Positions 38,574 to 50,620 of a DNA stretch of 64,000 nucleotides are shown one piece after another (within the stretch, counting starts at the first letter, position 1; each line of letters begins with the position of its first letter). This DNA comes from Podarcis tiliguerta (Eukaryota), in the NCBI GenBank assembly GCA_965153285.1, contig OZ229110.1. One strand, 5' to 3'. The notes below the pieces were generated by a model, which saw only the letters and a program-made list of their open reading frames with translations, did not search any database and was not told the DNA's origin. The position numbers were made by a program, and so were the translations under genes.

Positions 38574-38709
38574 GAGGCATCCCCAACCTTCGGCCCTCCA
38601 GATGTTTTGAACTACAATTCCCATGATCCCTGACCACTGGTCCTGTTAGCTAGGGATAATGGAAGTTGTAGTCCCAAAACATCTGGAGGGCCGAGTTTGG
38701 GGGTGACTG
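38574..38709. mobile_element. hAT palindromic MITE, chimeric copy inverted relative to 36397-36532
   Basis: Left end GAGGCATCCCCAACC and right end AGTTTGGGGGTGACTG are mismatched TIR variants; loop is in reverse orientation. Confidence 0.9.
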
Positions 38710-40758
38710 CTTTAGACTACTGCAGCTATCACCGATTTCCTCAACTTTGAGAATCAAGGGCTGTCCTCCAAGTTGCTTGGAAAGAGTTGAGCTGGCAGGC
38801 CTCTTTCCAGCTGCCTAGCACCAGGCTTTGTCAGAAAATAGAAGACTGCCCTCCAAAGGTTTCTAAGCCATTTCCTGAAAGAAGGTGAGCCTGCCTTATG
38901 CATGGCTGATTCTAGCAACACAGTTATCCATACCAATGTAGAAAGGTGCGCTGTACGTGTGTGCCCATCCAGTTGGGTAATCTAATGTTTAGGATAAGCC
39001 ATGCCAGAAATCTATGTACTTTTTTCCCCAGTGCCAGGGCCACATTTCCTGTGGGCTACTTTCTGGAGACATATGGAAGTGGTGGGTGTAGCCAGAAGCA
39101 AAGGTGGGCAGAAAAAAAGATGATAACTAATTCTACCTTTATACTGTAGGCTAGTTTCCATGCACAGCCCTCTCTATCCTCCATCAAGGCAAGCAAGAAG
39201 CATTTTAGAATGCAAGGACATATTTGAACCAGGCAAAAACATCCATGGAGGGTGGGGGTATGGACTGGGACTGCATTTTGCCTTCAGCTCTGAGGTTCCA
39301 CCAAACCTGCTCTATAGGTAATAGAAACACCCTGTACCCCCTGCATTGCAGGGAGTTGGGCTACATGACCCTTGGTATCCCTTTCAACACTATTTATATT
39401 TTTAATGCAATATGAGTAATCCTTTCTTCCGAAAACAATCATGGTTCAGAAAGCAGAGACCTACCAGGAAGCCCACTCCTGTTCCCTTTTCTTTTAAAGA
39501 CTCTGGAATCTGCTGTCCTTGTAAGACAAAATGCCAGGTACGTTTTGTAATAGGCATTCAGTGCCTTGCTTATTCAGGTGGCTCCGTTCCTCAAAGTAGT
39601 AAGGCCAGCATATGTAATGCAGCTCGACCTGACAAAAATGACAAGTGTCTTAACAGCTGGATTGATATGACAAGTCAGTACGTGTCATTCAAACAAGGTT
39701 TAAGGTAAGCATTTCCTCTGATCAGGATTTATGCCTCTTGCCCTTAGAAGGATAGTGGACAGATGTCATTTCCTGTAGGGCCCTCTGTATTGCACTTCTT
39801 TGGGGAATACAAACTCCAAGCAACTGAATTAGTTTGGCAGGGCTACAGAGCATTTTTACATAAACGCTTCCTGGCTGAAGAACAACAAAAAATGCATTCT
39901 ATAAGATTCATACATTACAATCCCTCTCCCCTGACATACACACCTGTCCCTGTCTATTTTGACAATAACATTTGACAAGAAAATTCTGCTTTTGCTTACC
40001 TTGCTATCACTTACTTCACCGGTGTTAATGGAGTTATTTCTCATTAACACAAATAAAGCTGAAAATACAATCGGGCTTGGTCTGCGACAAACACATGTAA
40101 GCATTTTGCTTTCAGTTGCCTGAGGGCTATTGTTGCTATATGCAGAACATGCACCAGCTAACAAAAATAGCTTTTCTTGTACAGTAACTTAAAATGGAAA
40201 AATACTACAGGGGCAATAAACCAAGGAACACTTTCTTTCTTTTAAAAAAGTAAGTTGTTTACAATCATTCATATTCATTTTTCCAAGATAAGAGTTTATA
40301 GTCTCCTCACAGCAATTACCAGGGGGAAAGAGTTTCCTCTGGAAAGACTAAACAAAGCCAAATCAACTTCCATCCATTCCCTACAATTACAGAGGCTACT
40401 ATTTTAATGTATATAAAGAGGCCCATATGTATATAAAGAAGCCTACAGTCTCTTATCCTTCTCATATACAATCCTGACTGCCCATGCAGAGCCCGTATCA
40501 GTACAGTACATAATACATCAGGCTATAATATGACAACATGGCGCCGACAAGTTCTGATTTTAGAAGACCCATTGACTGAAGTTAAAAACTTCAATTACAT
40601 TTCAAAACATGGATTCAAGAGGCAGGGGGAGCCTCAGGCATCTATCCAAAGTGTGAGAGGGCCAAGCTTGGCGCCCAGTGCCAATGCAACTGCTGGCACT
40701 GTTTGGTGTGTGGGTGTGTGAAGGACACACCTGAATGTCATTCATGTTTAGATGTACT

Positions 40759-41052
40759 TAGGGTGGCCATACTTCAAGAGGTAAAATTCCAGACACAAAA
40801 AGATGTAGAGCATTTTTAGGGCAATTGCCTGATAGCCCTTCTGCCACCATCGTGCCCAGGGCACCTGTGTCAGAGCCCAGGCCTAGCACACCAAAGCCAG
40901 AGCCTGAACCAGAACTGCCCGTGCACACATTTTTTTAAAAAAAAAACAGCAACCCAAAATCCAGAACATTTGCTTTCAAATATAAAATCCCCCCTGGATA
41001 GGAACCCCAAAAGAGGACATGCCAGGGAATTCCTGGACGTATGGCATCCCTA
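40759..41052. mobile_element. hAT (Tip100-like) non-autonomous element
   Basis: TIR TAGGGTGGCCATAC / GTATGGCATCCCTA, same type as 10327-10511; TSD decayed (5/8). Confidence 0.7.
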
Positions 41053-42300
41053 CATGCACAGAGCTTTTCCATGCAACTGAGGAACCTAACTGGTGCAGGA
41101 TCTCCATCATGTGGAGGAATCTTAAACGCATAGGACCCACTTTACTACCAAGGGCTGTAGGCAGTGCTTGGGAACTCACAACCCCCTCCTTTGTTTCTAT
41201 GAGTGAGGGGGTTCAAGGGAAGCATTCTAACTAGGTGCTATTACCATGACATAATAGGACTTGTGATAATGTGGTAAATTATGAATACTTCTCCCTGTCA
41301 GGCAAATGGCATGTGCATTTTGAATATAATTGACCTAGTAAAAAGAATTTCAGATCACAGCGGCTTCAAAGGGACAGAGTTAGGCTTGTGCTTTGCTCTC
41401 CCACAGAAATTGATGTGGAATTAAACAGGCTTAACTTTTATGCTGAAGGCATTTTGAAGCCTAAGGCAGAATAGCCAACTTGCCAGAGTGAAGGTGAGTA
41501 ATAACCCAACCCAGCCAATTCATTTTGGCACCTGAGGTAGAAAATCCCACACATGTGCTGCTCCTTGGGAGTAAAAATATAATAGTACTAAATTAAATAA
41601 CCAACAATCTTCTGCACTTTCAGGATACTCAAAAGCCACTGCCTAATCGCCAGGTCTGTTTATACCATTACCTCCCATCACATGGAGAGAGGGCAGAATT
41701 GGCTCCTCCCTGGCATAACTGGCTGACAGTTCAGTAAAAAAAGAGAAAAGAAGGACATACATAAGTGACCTGTGCCTTGCAAACAAGAGCACAGCCAGGT
41801 TTATGGAAGAAAAGAAAGGAGGAAAGGGGGATTAAACCGAAAGAAGCAATTATCTGGGAGGAAAATACTGAGGATTAAACACAGAACAAGCTATAGCTGC
41901 AACTATATGATTGCAGGTGGAATAAAAGAGACCCAACCATGAGAGCAATCTAGTGAAATATTTGAATAATAATAATGGCAGAGATAGAGTCGCAAGGTTT
42001 TTATAACAGTAGACATGCATTCATTGACTAAAATAGAGTTGAACTCCTATTGCACTTGGCATGAAAATCATCTTGAACTTTCAAAACACTTAATATCTTC
42101 ACTGTCTTTCAGTAGATGTGGCATAAAAGGCACCATGGGATGAACTTCACCCTCCCTCTAGCATGTCAAATATTTCATATCCTCGCAATTGAAGACTCCA
42201 GACAAAGCTTTTATCCACTACTACTTGCTTGCTCCATAAATGCTAACAGCATGCAATTAATTACTTTACCAATGATGTTATTTACCCTAATCATAGCTAC

Positions 42301-42470
42301 AAACAGGAAGCTGCCTTAAGCTATGTCAGAATATCTGTCAACCCAGACTAATATGATCTACTCCGCCTGGCAACAACTTTCCGGGGTCTCCATCTGAAGT
42401 ATTTCCCATCACCTGCTAATTCTTTTTTAATTGGACATGTCAGCGATTGAACCTTCTACATACACAAGAA
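42301..42470 (-). mobile_element. tRNA-derived squamate SINE, degenerate (family of 59399-59589)
   Basis: Begins AGGAAGCTGCCTTA (reverse complement of the family tail) and runs to GATTGAACC (B-box reverse complement). Confidence 0.6.
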
Positions 42471-43051
42471 GGCATCCATGGGAAGCCTGTGCAATCCAAG
42501 GTTCCAGGCTGTGTGGATGTCTTCATGTGAGGAACATTTTCCCTTCACTTCTGGCTGTTGATTGTGAACCACCTTGGCATTTTGTTTAGAAACGAAAGGA
42601 GGCATATACAGTCTCTTAATAAATGAACTGCTGTGTCTCCAAAAAGAAGCTTTTGCACAGGCTTGGGTGCAACCATCCAAGGTTGACCATGGGTTCCTCC
42701 TGGACAGGAAGACATATAAAGGAACTTCCTGTTACAGGCAAGCCTCACTCAAGCACCAAGGTCTACCTGAGCTCTAGCATGTCTAGCTTAAAATCACATC
42801 CCCTTCTAATTTGAACCATGGGGCCAATGCACTGCATTTGCTTTCGAATTTGCATTATTTGCTGCTATTCATTTTTGGGGGGGGTAGTGGGGAGGGGCAC
42901 TTAACATACTGATGACCAATTTCTCTCTTCCTCTCTATGGGCAGCTTTTCCTTTTGCCCCTGGAGGTGTTTAACAATACCTTCCCAGTTTGAACCGGGAA
43001 ATTACCTCTCCAAAAAATGAGACTGTTTCTCTCCATCCTTTTTATATCTCT

Positions 43052-43099
43052 CTGGTCCATGGGGTCACGAAGAGTCGGACACAACTAAACAACAACAAC
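43052..43099 (+). mobile_element. BovB/RTE (or Sauria SINE) extreme 3' end
   Basis: GTCCATGGGGTCACGAAGAGTCGGACACAACTAAAC(AAC)n is the BovB-type terminus; possible TSD ATCTCT. Confidence 0.8.
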
Positions 43100-43668
43100 A
43101 TCTCTTCTGCATCCTCTTTGACAAGGAAGCAGAGGGAGAGAGAATTGGAGCCAAGAACAACAGAGGAAAAGATGCACCTGCTTACCTACTGCTCTCCTCT
43201 GGTCCTCTCCTCTACCCTTGCCTTCTTTCCCAGCTAACTCTTCCTGCCAGCTGATCCACCACAAGCTGACATCTCTTGGGCAGCTGCAGCCATGCCTTCG
43301 TTTTCTCTCTGGCCACTTCCAGGTGATGCCGTGTTTCTCTGCACCCTACAGAGATGCAACTGTCTGTGGCTACTGAGTGTGCTCAGTCCTCAGTAGGGTG
43401 TCAGAGGCATCCATTCCTCCTTCAGCAGTGGTGCCTCACTTCTCAAAACCCTGGAATCCCCTCAGGCCTGCTGACATCTACATCTTGTGCACGAATGCTG
43501 TGAGCAGTTTTGACTACAGAAGGCTCATTGCTCACATCTGAACTTCAGAAATAGGGGGAATGGTGTTAAATAATACTTGGGGTACTGTATATAGGATAAT
43601 TGTACCTAGCATAAACATCATTAAAACAAAATATCATGGGATATACAGTACAGCATCTGGGACAGCCC

Positions 43669-43705
43669 GTGTGTGTGTGTGTGAGTGAGAGAGAGAGAGA
43701 GAGAG
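43669..43705. repeat. compound (GT)n(GA)n microsatellite
   Basis: Visible tandem repeat. Confidence 0.9.
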
Positions 43706-44894
43706 CGCATTTCTGTGTGTGGTGTAGAGTTGGTGATTTTAACCAAGTACATCTAGGCTTGTAATAGATCAAGGATCTATGGCTCTTTTGATCATCATCC
43801 TGGCTATGGGGGCAGGGGCTGATGGAAGTAGGAGCTTCTGGAGGATAGCCACCCCAGCAGCAGATTAACACTTCAACATGCTCAGACATATGTAAACACA
43901 TTACCATAAACATACACTGCAGGAAATCGACCACATAAAGGCTTCAAAATTATTGCTGCTGCCAAGATACCCATTTAGGTATACCATGATTACTGTGACC
44001 AGATTTAATTCTGTTATACAAAACGACAAACATCTGCAGCGTTGCTTTTGATGGTTTACTAATTAATGATCAAATATGCATTTGCTTCAATGTAATTGTA
44101 TGCTTTTATGAGGCTGCTTTACTTGATAATTATCATAGACTGTGGAATTAATTAGAGCCAATCCTTTGCTAATGCATTTAGAATCCCCAAGCAACAGCAT
44201 TAAAATGTCTTTCCCCTTCAAATAATTAAATATAATAAAACACATCCAACTATTCTGTTCAGAAATACAAAATTAAAAATGAAGTCTACCAGTCCTGTTA
44301 TGAGTATTATCCTGATATATCTTTCTCTGCATAACAGAAAACCTCACTGGCTGTTAAGTTAGCACACAGAAATGTCACCCATGCTGACCACATGAATGAA
44401 GCTCACAGACCTCTGGTGGTCGCTTTGGGAACCCCTGTGCTAGATTATGGCAAAGCAGAATTGTACTCAACACATATTTTTACTCCCATGACCGAATACC
44501 CAAGTTTGGAGATGTAAATCTGTAGGAAAACGCCTATGAGGCAGCAGAGTATGACCAAAAAAAGTGTCAAGTTTTCCTCAATGCCAAAGGGGCAAAGATA
44601 TTATTGATGCAGAACAAAACCCAGCCAGAGAAGGAATAAGAAGAAAGTATTGACCCACATCCCAACGTTATAGCCCTAAGCCATGTTCAGAGTTGTATAA
44701 ACTAGTTTAAATTTGTGTGTGGAATTGTTCACCACTTAAAATACGTTTAAGGTTAACGCACAAACAATTTCTAATGAATTTTAGCATTAGGTTGTTTTGG
44801 ATTTTGACACCACCTTCTTGTAGCCCTGTACTGATAAGTAAGAAATGGAATCGTAACAAAACGAACCACAAAAGTGTAACTAAAATCACTAAAA

Positions 44895-45096
44895 TCGGGT
44901 TACAGACGCTTCAGGTTACAGACTCCGCTAGCCCAGAAATAGTACCTCGGGTTAAGAACTTTGCTTCAGGATGAGAACAGAAATTGTGTGGCAGCGGGAG
45001 GCCCCATTAGCTAAAGTGGTACCTCAGGTTAAGAACAGTTTCAGGTTAAGAACGGACCTCCAGAACGAATTAAGTTTTTATCCTGAGGTACCACTG
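44895..45096 (-). mobile_element. Tigger-like MITE, one TIR truncated
   Basis: Reverse complement of the 23809-24049 family; ends GAGGTACCACTG|TA. Confidence 0.88.
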
Positions 45097-47629
45097 TATA
45101 TGGTGTTAAGAACTGCAAGGCATTATGAACCAAATCTAGACCCAAATCAATCAGGGTTCAGGCCAGAATTAGGAACAGGTAAGATTCCCACCACCACCAC
45201 CACAAAATCCAAGGGCTGAAATTGCCTGTGGGCTGCTATTTTAAAACCAGTTAATGGTCAGATTAATCACAAGATTATTCTACTTTGCCAGTCTCATGTG
45301 ATGCGTATTTCTTGCCAATACTCCCCCATGTGGTAAAAGATGGTATTTACCATGCCAGGGATGCGACAAGGTCTTACCATGAGCAAGGCCCTTTATCAAA
45401 CGGAATAAGCAAAAGACATTTTGGCTTTACTAAATCAAATGTGGACAGGAGATTCAGCTCTCAAGTTACCTAAGTTACAGGGAAAGTGATAAAGAGTATA
45501 CTCCTTCAAGCTCAGCCACCAACTGAAACCCACTGGTGTTCTGATTATTTAAGATATTTTCTTGCAGGGTGGGTGGAGAGATCACTGATTTGCACCACCT
45601 TTTCCCTTCAAATCACTGTCCTCTTACTGTGTCTCACAGATGACAGGGTATCATCGAAGCTGAGTAGATTTCAACCGTATCATTTTCTTCAAGGGAAGGG
45701 AGGAGATTTCACAATTGCTATTTCAGTTTTCCTTTGCCTACGCAATGCAACACCACACTGATATACTTTTGAAACAGACGCAACTGCACCTGTCACACGC
45801 AAAGCCTCTTCCCACACAGGTTACTGTTTTGAATTAAGCACAAAGCTGTGGCTGGATGGTGCACAGCAGGATCTGCCCTTTCATGAGTTCATTCGGGTGC
45901 TAGAGGTCTTCTTCCATTGTGATAAGACACTGAGATACTTAAAATTGACTTCCTAAGGATGTCTTGCAAGACTTTGTATAAAATGCTCAAATATGACAGA
46001 GAGCAACATAACCTGCAGTACCATCGAACGGGATGTTCTGTGGCTCAGTTTCACAGAATGTCACACCCCTTCCTCCGACACGCCCCAAGCTAATGTGCAT
46101 TACAGCAGCTGCACACTCAGGGAAGAAAACTGCATCTATCAGGTCTCCATTATCAGGTGCCAGCAGTCAGTCAGGTTGGGCATTGGCTGGGGCCCTGAGC
46201 AGTAAGAAGGGTTCCTCACTGCACTGCCAGTCACTGCCCTCCCAGCAGACCCTTGGGTGCCAATTGTAGTTACAGGCAGGCAGTGGGGCTGCTTCCATCC
46301 ACAGGGGAAATGTGCCATTTTCATTCATCCAAAATGGAACGGTCTGGGCCACAGATCTATGGAATCTATAGATTTCGTACAGCTATAGATTGGTGCTATC
46401 TATTTGTGCTGAGACACCGTTCAGCAGCAAGTGCATTGCTGCTGCCACCAATCAGAGCCCTTGGCCAATACATGGCTTACCACACAAGCCATTACTCAGT
46501 GTTAAGCACCCAGGGCAAGGTGCTAATTTTTTTCTAAATAATAAAAAGTTACCTTTGTGGCCAAATAGCACTCTCCTAAGCCTCCTCTCCCAGAATGTCT
46601 TGCTCTGAGAAAAGCCCACCTTTGCATCCTCAGAGCAAGGTAGAGGGTACAGGGCAAAGAGAGGGAGGCACAATACCTCCAAGTTAACAGGAGGAAAACA
46701 TTTGGAAGTAAACAGGGAGCGAGAAGGGGGAGCCATGGCGGAGAAGTGGGAGAGTGGTGACTCCCCTTGGCTCAAACATCGACATGTCTTGCGCTGGCCC
46801 TATTATGCATTGCTGTTGAATCATTTTGAAACATTTATGGTTACTACCTGCTGGTTTCGGTTTGTTTTCCAGTCCTTATCATACAAAATGTTATCGCTTT
46901 AAATTCTATGAATTGATATTCCCATGCTGAAAACAATCTCTCATCTGCTGTAAGGTTGTCAGGTATCCTGTTTTTTTTCCTCCCTACTGAGCCCTTGTCT
47001 TTTTTTTCCTTTTAAAAAAAAGGGGGCGAGATGAAATCATGTGAAGAAGATTCGTATTTGACAAAGACTGTTTAGCAAAGCTTTTTATCTTGGCTGCTAG
47101 TAAATGTATTTTTATTGCTATATCAATCAACTAAATGAGTTTTAGATGATGCAAAACTGTGCAACGGCAAGCAGAGCAAGAAAGGCAGTAGGTAACATTT
47201 GCTTAATTCTTGGACCCTGCTAGGATTCATGAGACAGTTGAGGCAATTACTGTAATTTTCTATGCAAAAGCTGAGGTGTGGGGTGTGGAGTCATGGGCCG
47301 AAGGGTGCAGGGCAAGCTGCTTTTCATGCACGGATTTAAACAGAAGCCAAGCTACAATCTGAAGAACATCTGGGCCCTCACCGCATGAGGGTTCTGAGGC
47401 CAGGTAGAGAAGACTGCAGGTTTGGCTCCGGGGCCTGGGGTTCTCCACCCCAATATAACAGAAAAGCTCTGGGGGTTTTTCAGATGGAAATATAGCAACT
47501 ATTCCCTTAGTTATTCCCCATGACGGGAGTCAAAATAGCCTCCAGCACACAGATTTCTTTACATAATATTTTAAAAAATGCTCTCAGAAGCAACTAAATA
47601 TTGATCTCTGCTTACACCTTGCAGTCTGA

Positions 47630-48087
47630 GGAAGCAATCCAAATCCAAGGTCCACTGGGACGAGCAAATTAAGACCCAGCAGCTCTCCAGCTCAGCAGAC
47701 TGCTTCCTGGTACAGCTTGCAAAAAACAACAACCCAAAAACCCACATCCCAGCTCAGCCAGAGATATGCCAGTGTAAGTCCCTCCCCTGGGCTCAGCCTG
47801 GATTTAGCCAGCTGAGCTGAGTCCGCTGGATCTTACGCTGGCGTAAGCTCTGAAAAATGGGTGTTCTAGGGGAGCGGAAGGGGCAGGCAGCAACCTGGCA
47901 GAACTCTCACCAGCAAAAAAGGTAAACCAATCGCTATTTTAACAGCTTGCTTTCCCTCTGCTGCACTTAGGCTGGCTAAGCTAACAGGAACCCTGCTCCT
48001 GAATGGAGTTTGGAACAGGGCTAGTTTATGATGTTGGAAATTAAGCTGGCATAAATTGCGCAGGCTTCGTATACTTGGGATTGCTCC
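47630..48087. mobile_element. degenerate MITE-like element with GCAATCC termini and internal palindrome
   Basis: Ends GGAAGCAATCC and GGATTGCTCC; internal inverted pair AGAGATATGCCAGTGTAAG / CTTACGCTGGCGTAAGCTCT. Confidence 0.5.
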
Positions 48088-50374
48088 ATGCCAGAGCCCA
48101 CCCCATTCAGCAGTGACCTACAGACTGCTGGAGAGAGTTTGGGGGCCACTGGGGGGTGAAAGGGGGAAGAAGGGTGGGGGAGCCCGTTTCTAACAGGACT
48201 TTCCTTTTGATCCAACACAGCACTAAATGTCAAATCAAACTAAGCTGTTTATGGGCATGAGGGACAGTAGGAAGGAATGCTAAGAAGTTGCAATTTTTCT
48301 AAACTTCTTTTTTTAAAAGAAACAGACAAAAAAAGACACAAGCAGATAAGATAAATGAGAGGGAAATGAACAAACCCGAGACGTGAAAGATACACATATA
48401 CAGGAGGAGGGAGAGGGCCTTAGTGATGATTTATGGCTTGCCATAAAACTACTGAGTTGTATAGATTGCTTCTCTCTCTCTCTCTGATCCTGTGCTAGTT
48501 GTTTTCTCCCCCTATACATCTGACTGTTCAGTCATATTTAATAGAGGTTTGTGAACAACTACTAAATTAAACTGCAAAGAAATGATGATTTTAAGTTAAT
48601 CATCCCTGACATTTATTTTGCCCAACTCTCAAGATGTGACATTCCCAAGAGGTGGACTTTTCAGCCTTCGATTTCAACTCAAGAATGGTTGCCTTTAAAA
48701 TAAATTGGGTGATTTTTTATTTAAAATCATTTACATGATATGGAAACACAATTAGGTCTTCACGATTCTATACAGCCACTGTCACTCCCAAATACTATTT
48801 TGAAAAACGACTCAAGCTAAGCAAAACAAAAAGCAGCACACAGAGCCTAAACTGGACTTTGGTGTGTGTGTTTTTTCTGCAAACCATTCCTATTAACATA
48901 GACTCACTGAAATGTTGCAGTTCAGAAAAACAGCTTAAAAATGGAAACTCAGGTGCATTTCTTTAATAAACATAATTATGCAAAGCACTGAATTCATGAA
49001 TGTGCTAACGAAATCACCATTTTCAAGCAGATGGGTCATTATTTACAACTGTTTGATACAGATGGGATGCCAATGCAAAGTATTCGCCACATTAGGTAGT
49101 GATCAAAACATGCCAGACATAAAACATCTCTCATTTCCCACTATTTTCAATATGCTGCTTTTAGAAAAAGTTAAACATTTCTGCATTTGTGCATTCCTGA
49201 ACTTAAGAAAGTTGACTGAATTTTTTAGAGAGAGTTAATTCCATAATGCTAGTATTTATAATTTCACCTCCCACAGATGCTCACCGCACTTCACATATAG
49301 CAATCCTGGAAAGTAAACCAGTGTCATTAGTCTCACAAGTGATGCCATCAAACTCGTACTTCCAGGCTTGGAATGAGTGAAGTAGCAATACCCATCTCAC
49401 TGGCCAAACAACATCCTCAGTTCCATTCAATTCTACCTATCTTTCATGCTCTGGTTGCCTGGGAAAGCAACAAAGAGAGGAGATGAAGATCTCTCCCCCC
49501 TCCCATATCTAGTGCACCATATACTAGTGTACTAGGCTGCCCATAACTCCTGGGAAATGTAGCTTTTGCAAGGAATATAGACACTGGAATTTGAGGACTG
49601 ACCAGTTATGTAGGGTGTCAGGTTTGAGAGACATAAGGAGACAGATTTCCTTCTGCTCCCTACAGTTTGAGAATCAGAGCACCCTAATAAAGTAAGGCAG
49701 TAGGTAGAAAAGAAAGAGAGGATTGGAGATTTGGGGGTAAGGGTATGAGATTTGGAGCCAATCCAACATGAGCCAAAGGAGCTCACCCATCACAAATGGT
49801 CATATTCCAATATGTAGCTTATAAATACTGATTTTTCTGAGGACCTTAATGAATAAGATCATGGCTAAGATTCAAAATGGAGACTTGCAGCTCTTTCTCT
49901 TAAACACTATGCTATATCTGTTTTCTTCTGCGGTTCCACAGACCTCAGTTCTCTAAACCTTTCCCAACTCACTCTAAACTTGTGACCTACAAACAACTGC
50001 AGGTATGTATTGCTGTTGGGATCCCTTGAGGTCAATAGGAACAACTGCGGTGCAGAATGGGACCAATTCTGGAATATTTCAAATGCAGCTCTAGGATGGG
50101 CCAAGAAATTTAACAGGTGTAGAAGAGGGACCCCTGAATGCTAGGAAAATTCTGCAGGTGTGTATACATGCATGCAGGCTAGAAATGTAATGATTTTAAT
50201 TTGCTCTTGCTTTTGTCCAGTCACACGCTGTGATCAAGGGAACCTGACAGCTGACAGAAGGAGTGTGGCCACCCCCCACATTAACAGATCATAATCAAAA
50301 CCGCCCCCAAGGCTCAAAGCTGCGGGACAGGGGAGAGATACAAAGTCAAACCAACTGTTTTTGGCAGCTTTTCA

Positions 50375-50620
50375 GTTTATCAATTTATGAATCCCTTCAC
50401 AGAGCGGAAAGTCCCAAAGCGATTCACAAGGATAAAATGCAGTGATGCAGTATATAAAAAACATATTAAAAACATAATCGGAGTAGAGTAATAGCAACTA
50501 ATCAGTGATGCTCCCTAAGTGCTTCCCAAAATGAAAAACGTTTTTGTGTGGTATCAAAACAATGACAAAGTTGGCATCCAATGGGCCTCCCTGGAAAAAG
50601 TATTCCATAGATGGGCCTCA
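50375..50620 (-). mobile_element. old L2 3' fragment
   Basis: CCCAAAGCGATTCACAA 3' motif, A-rich UTR, GCCTCCCTGG..ATTCCATAG ORF-end motif. Confidence 0.55.
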
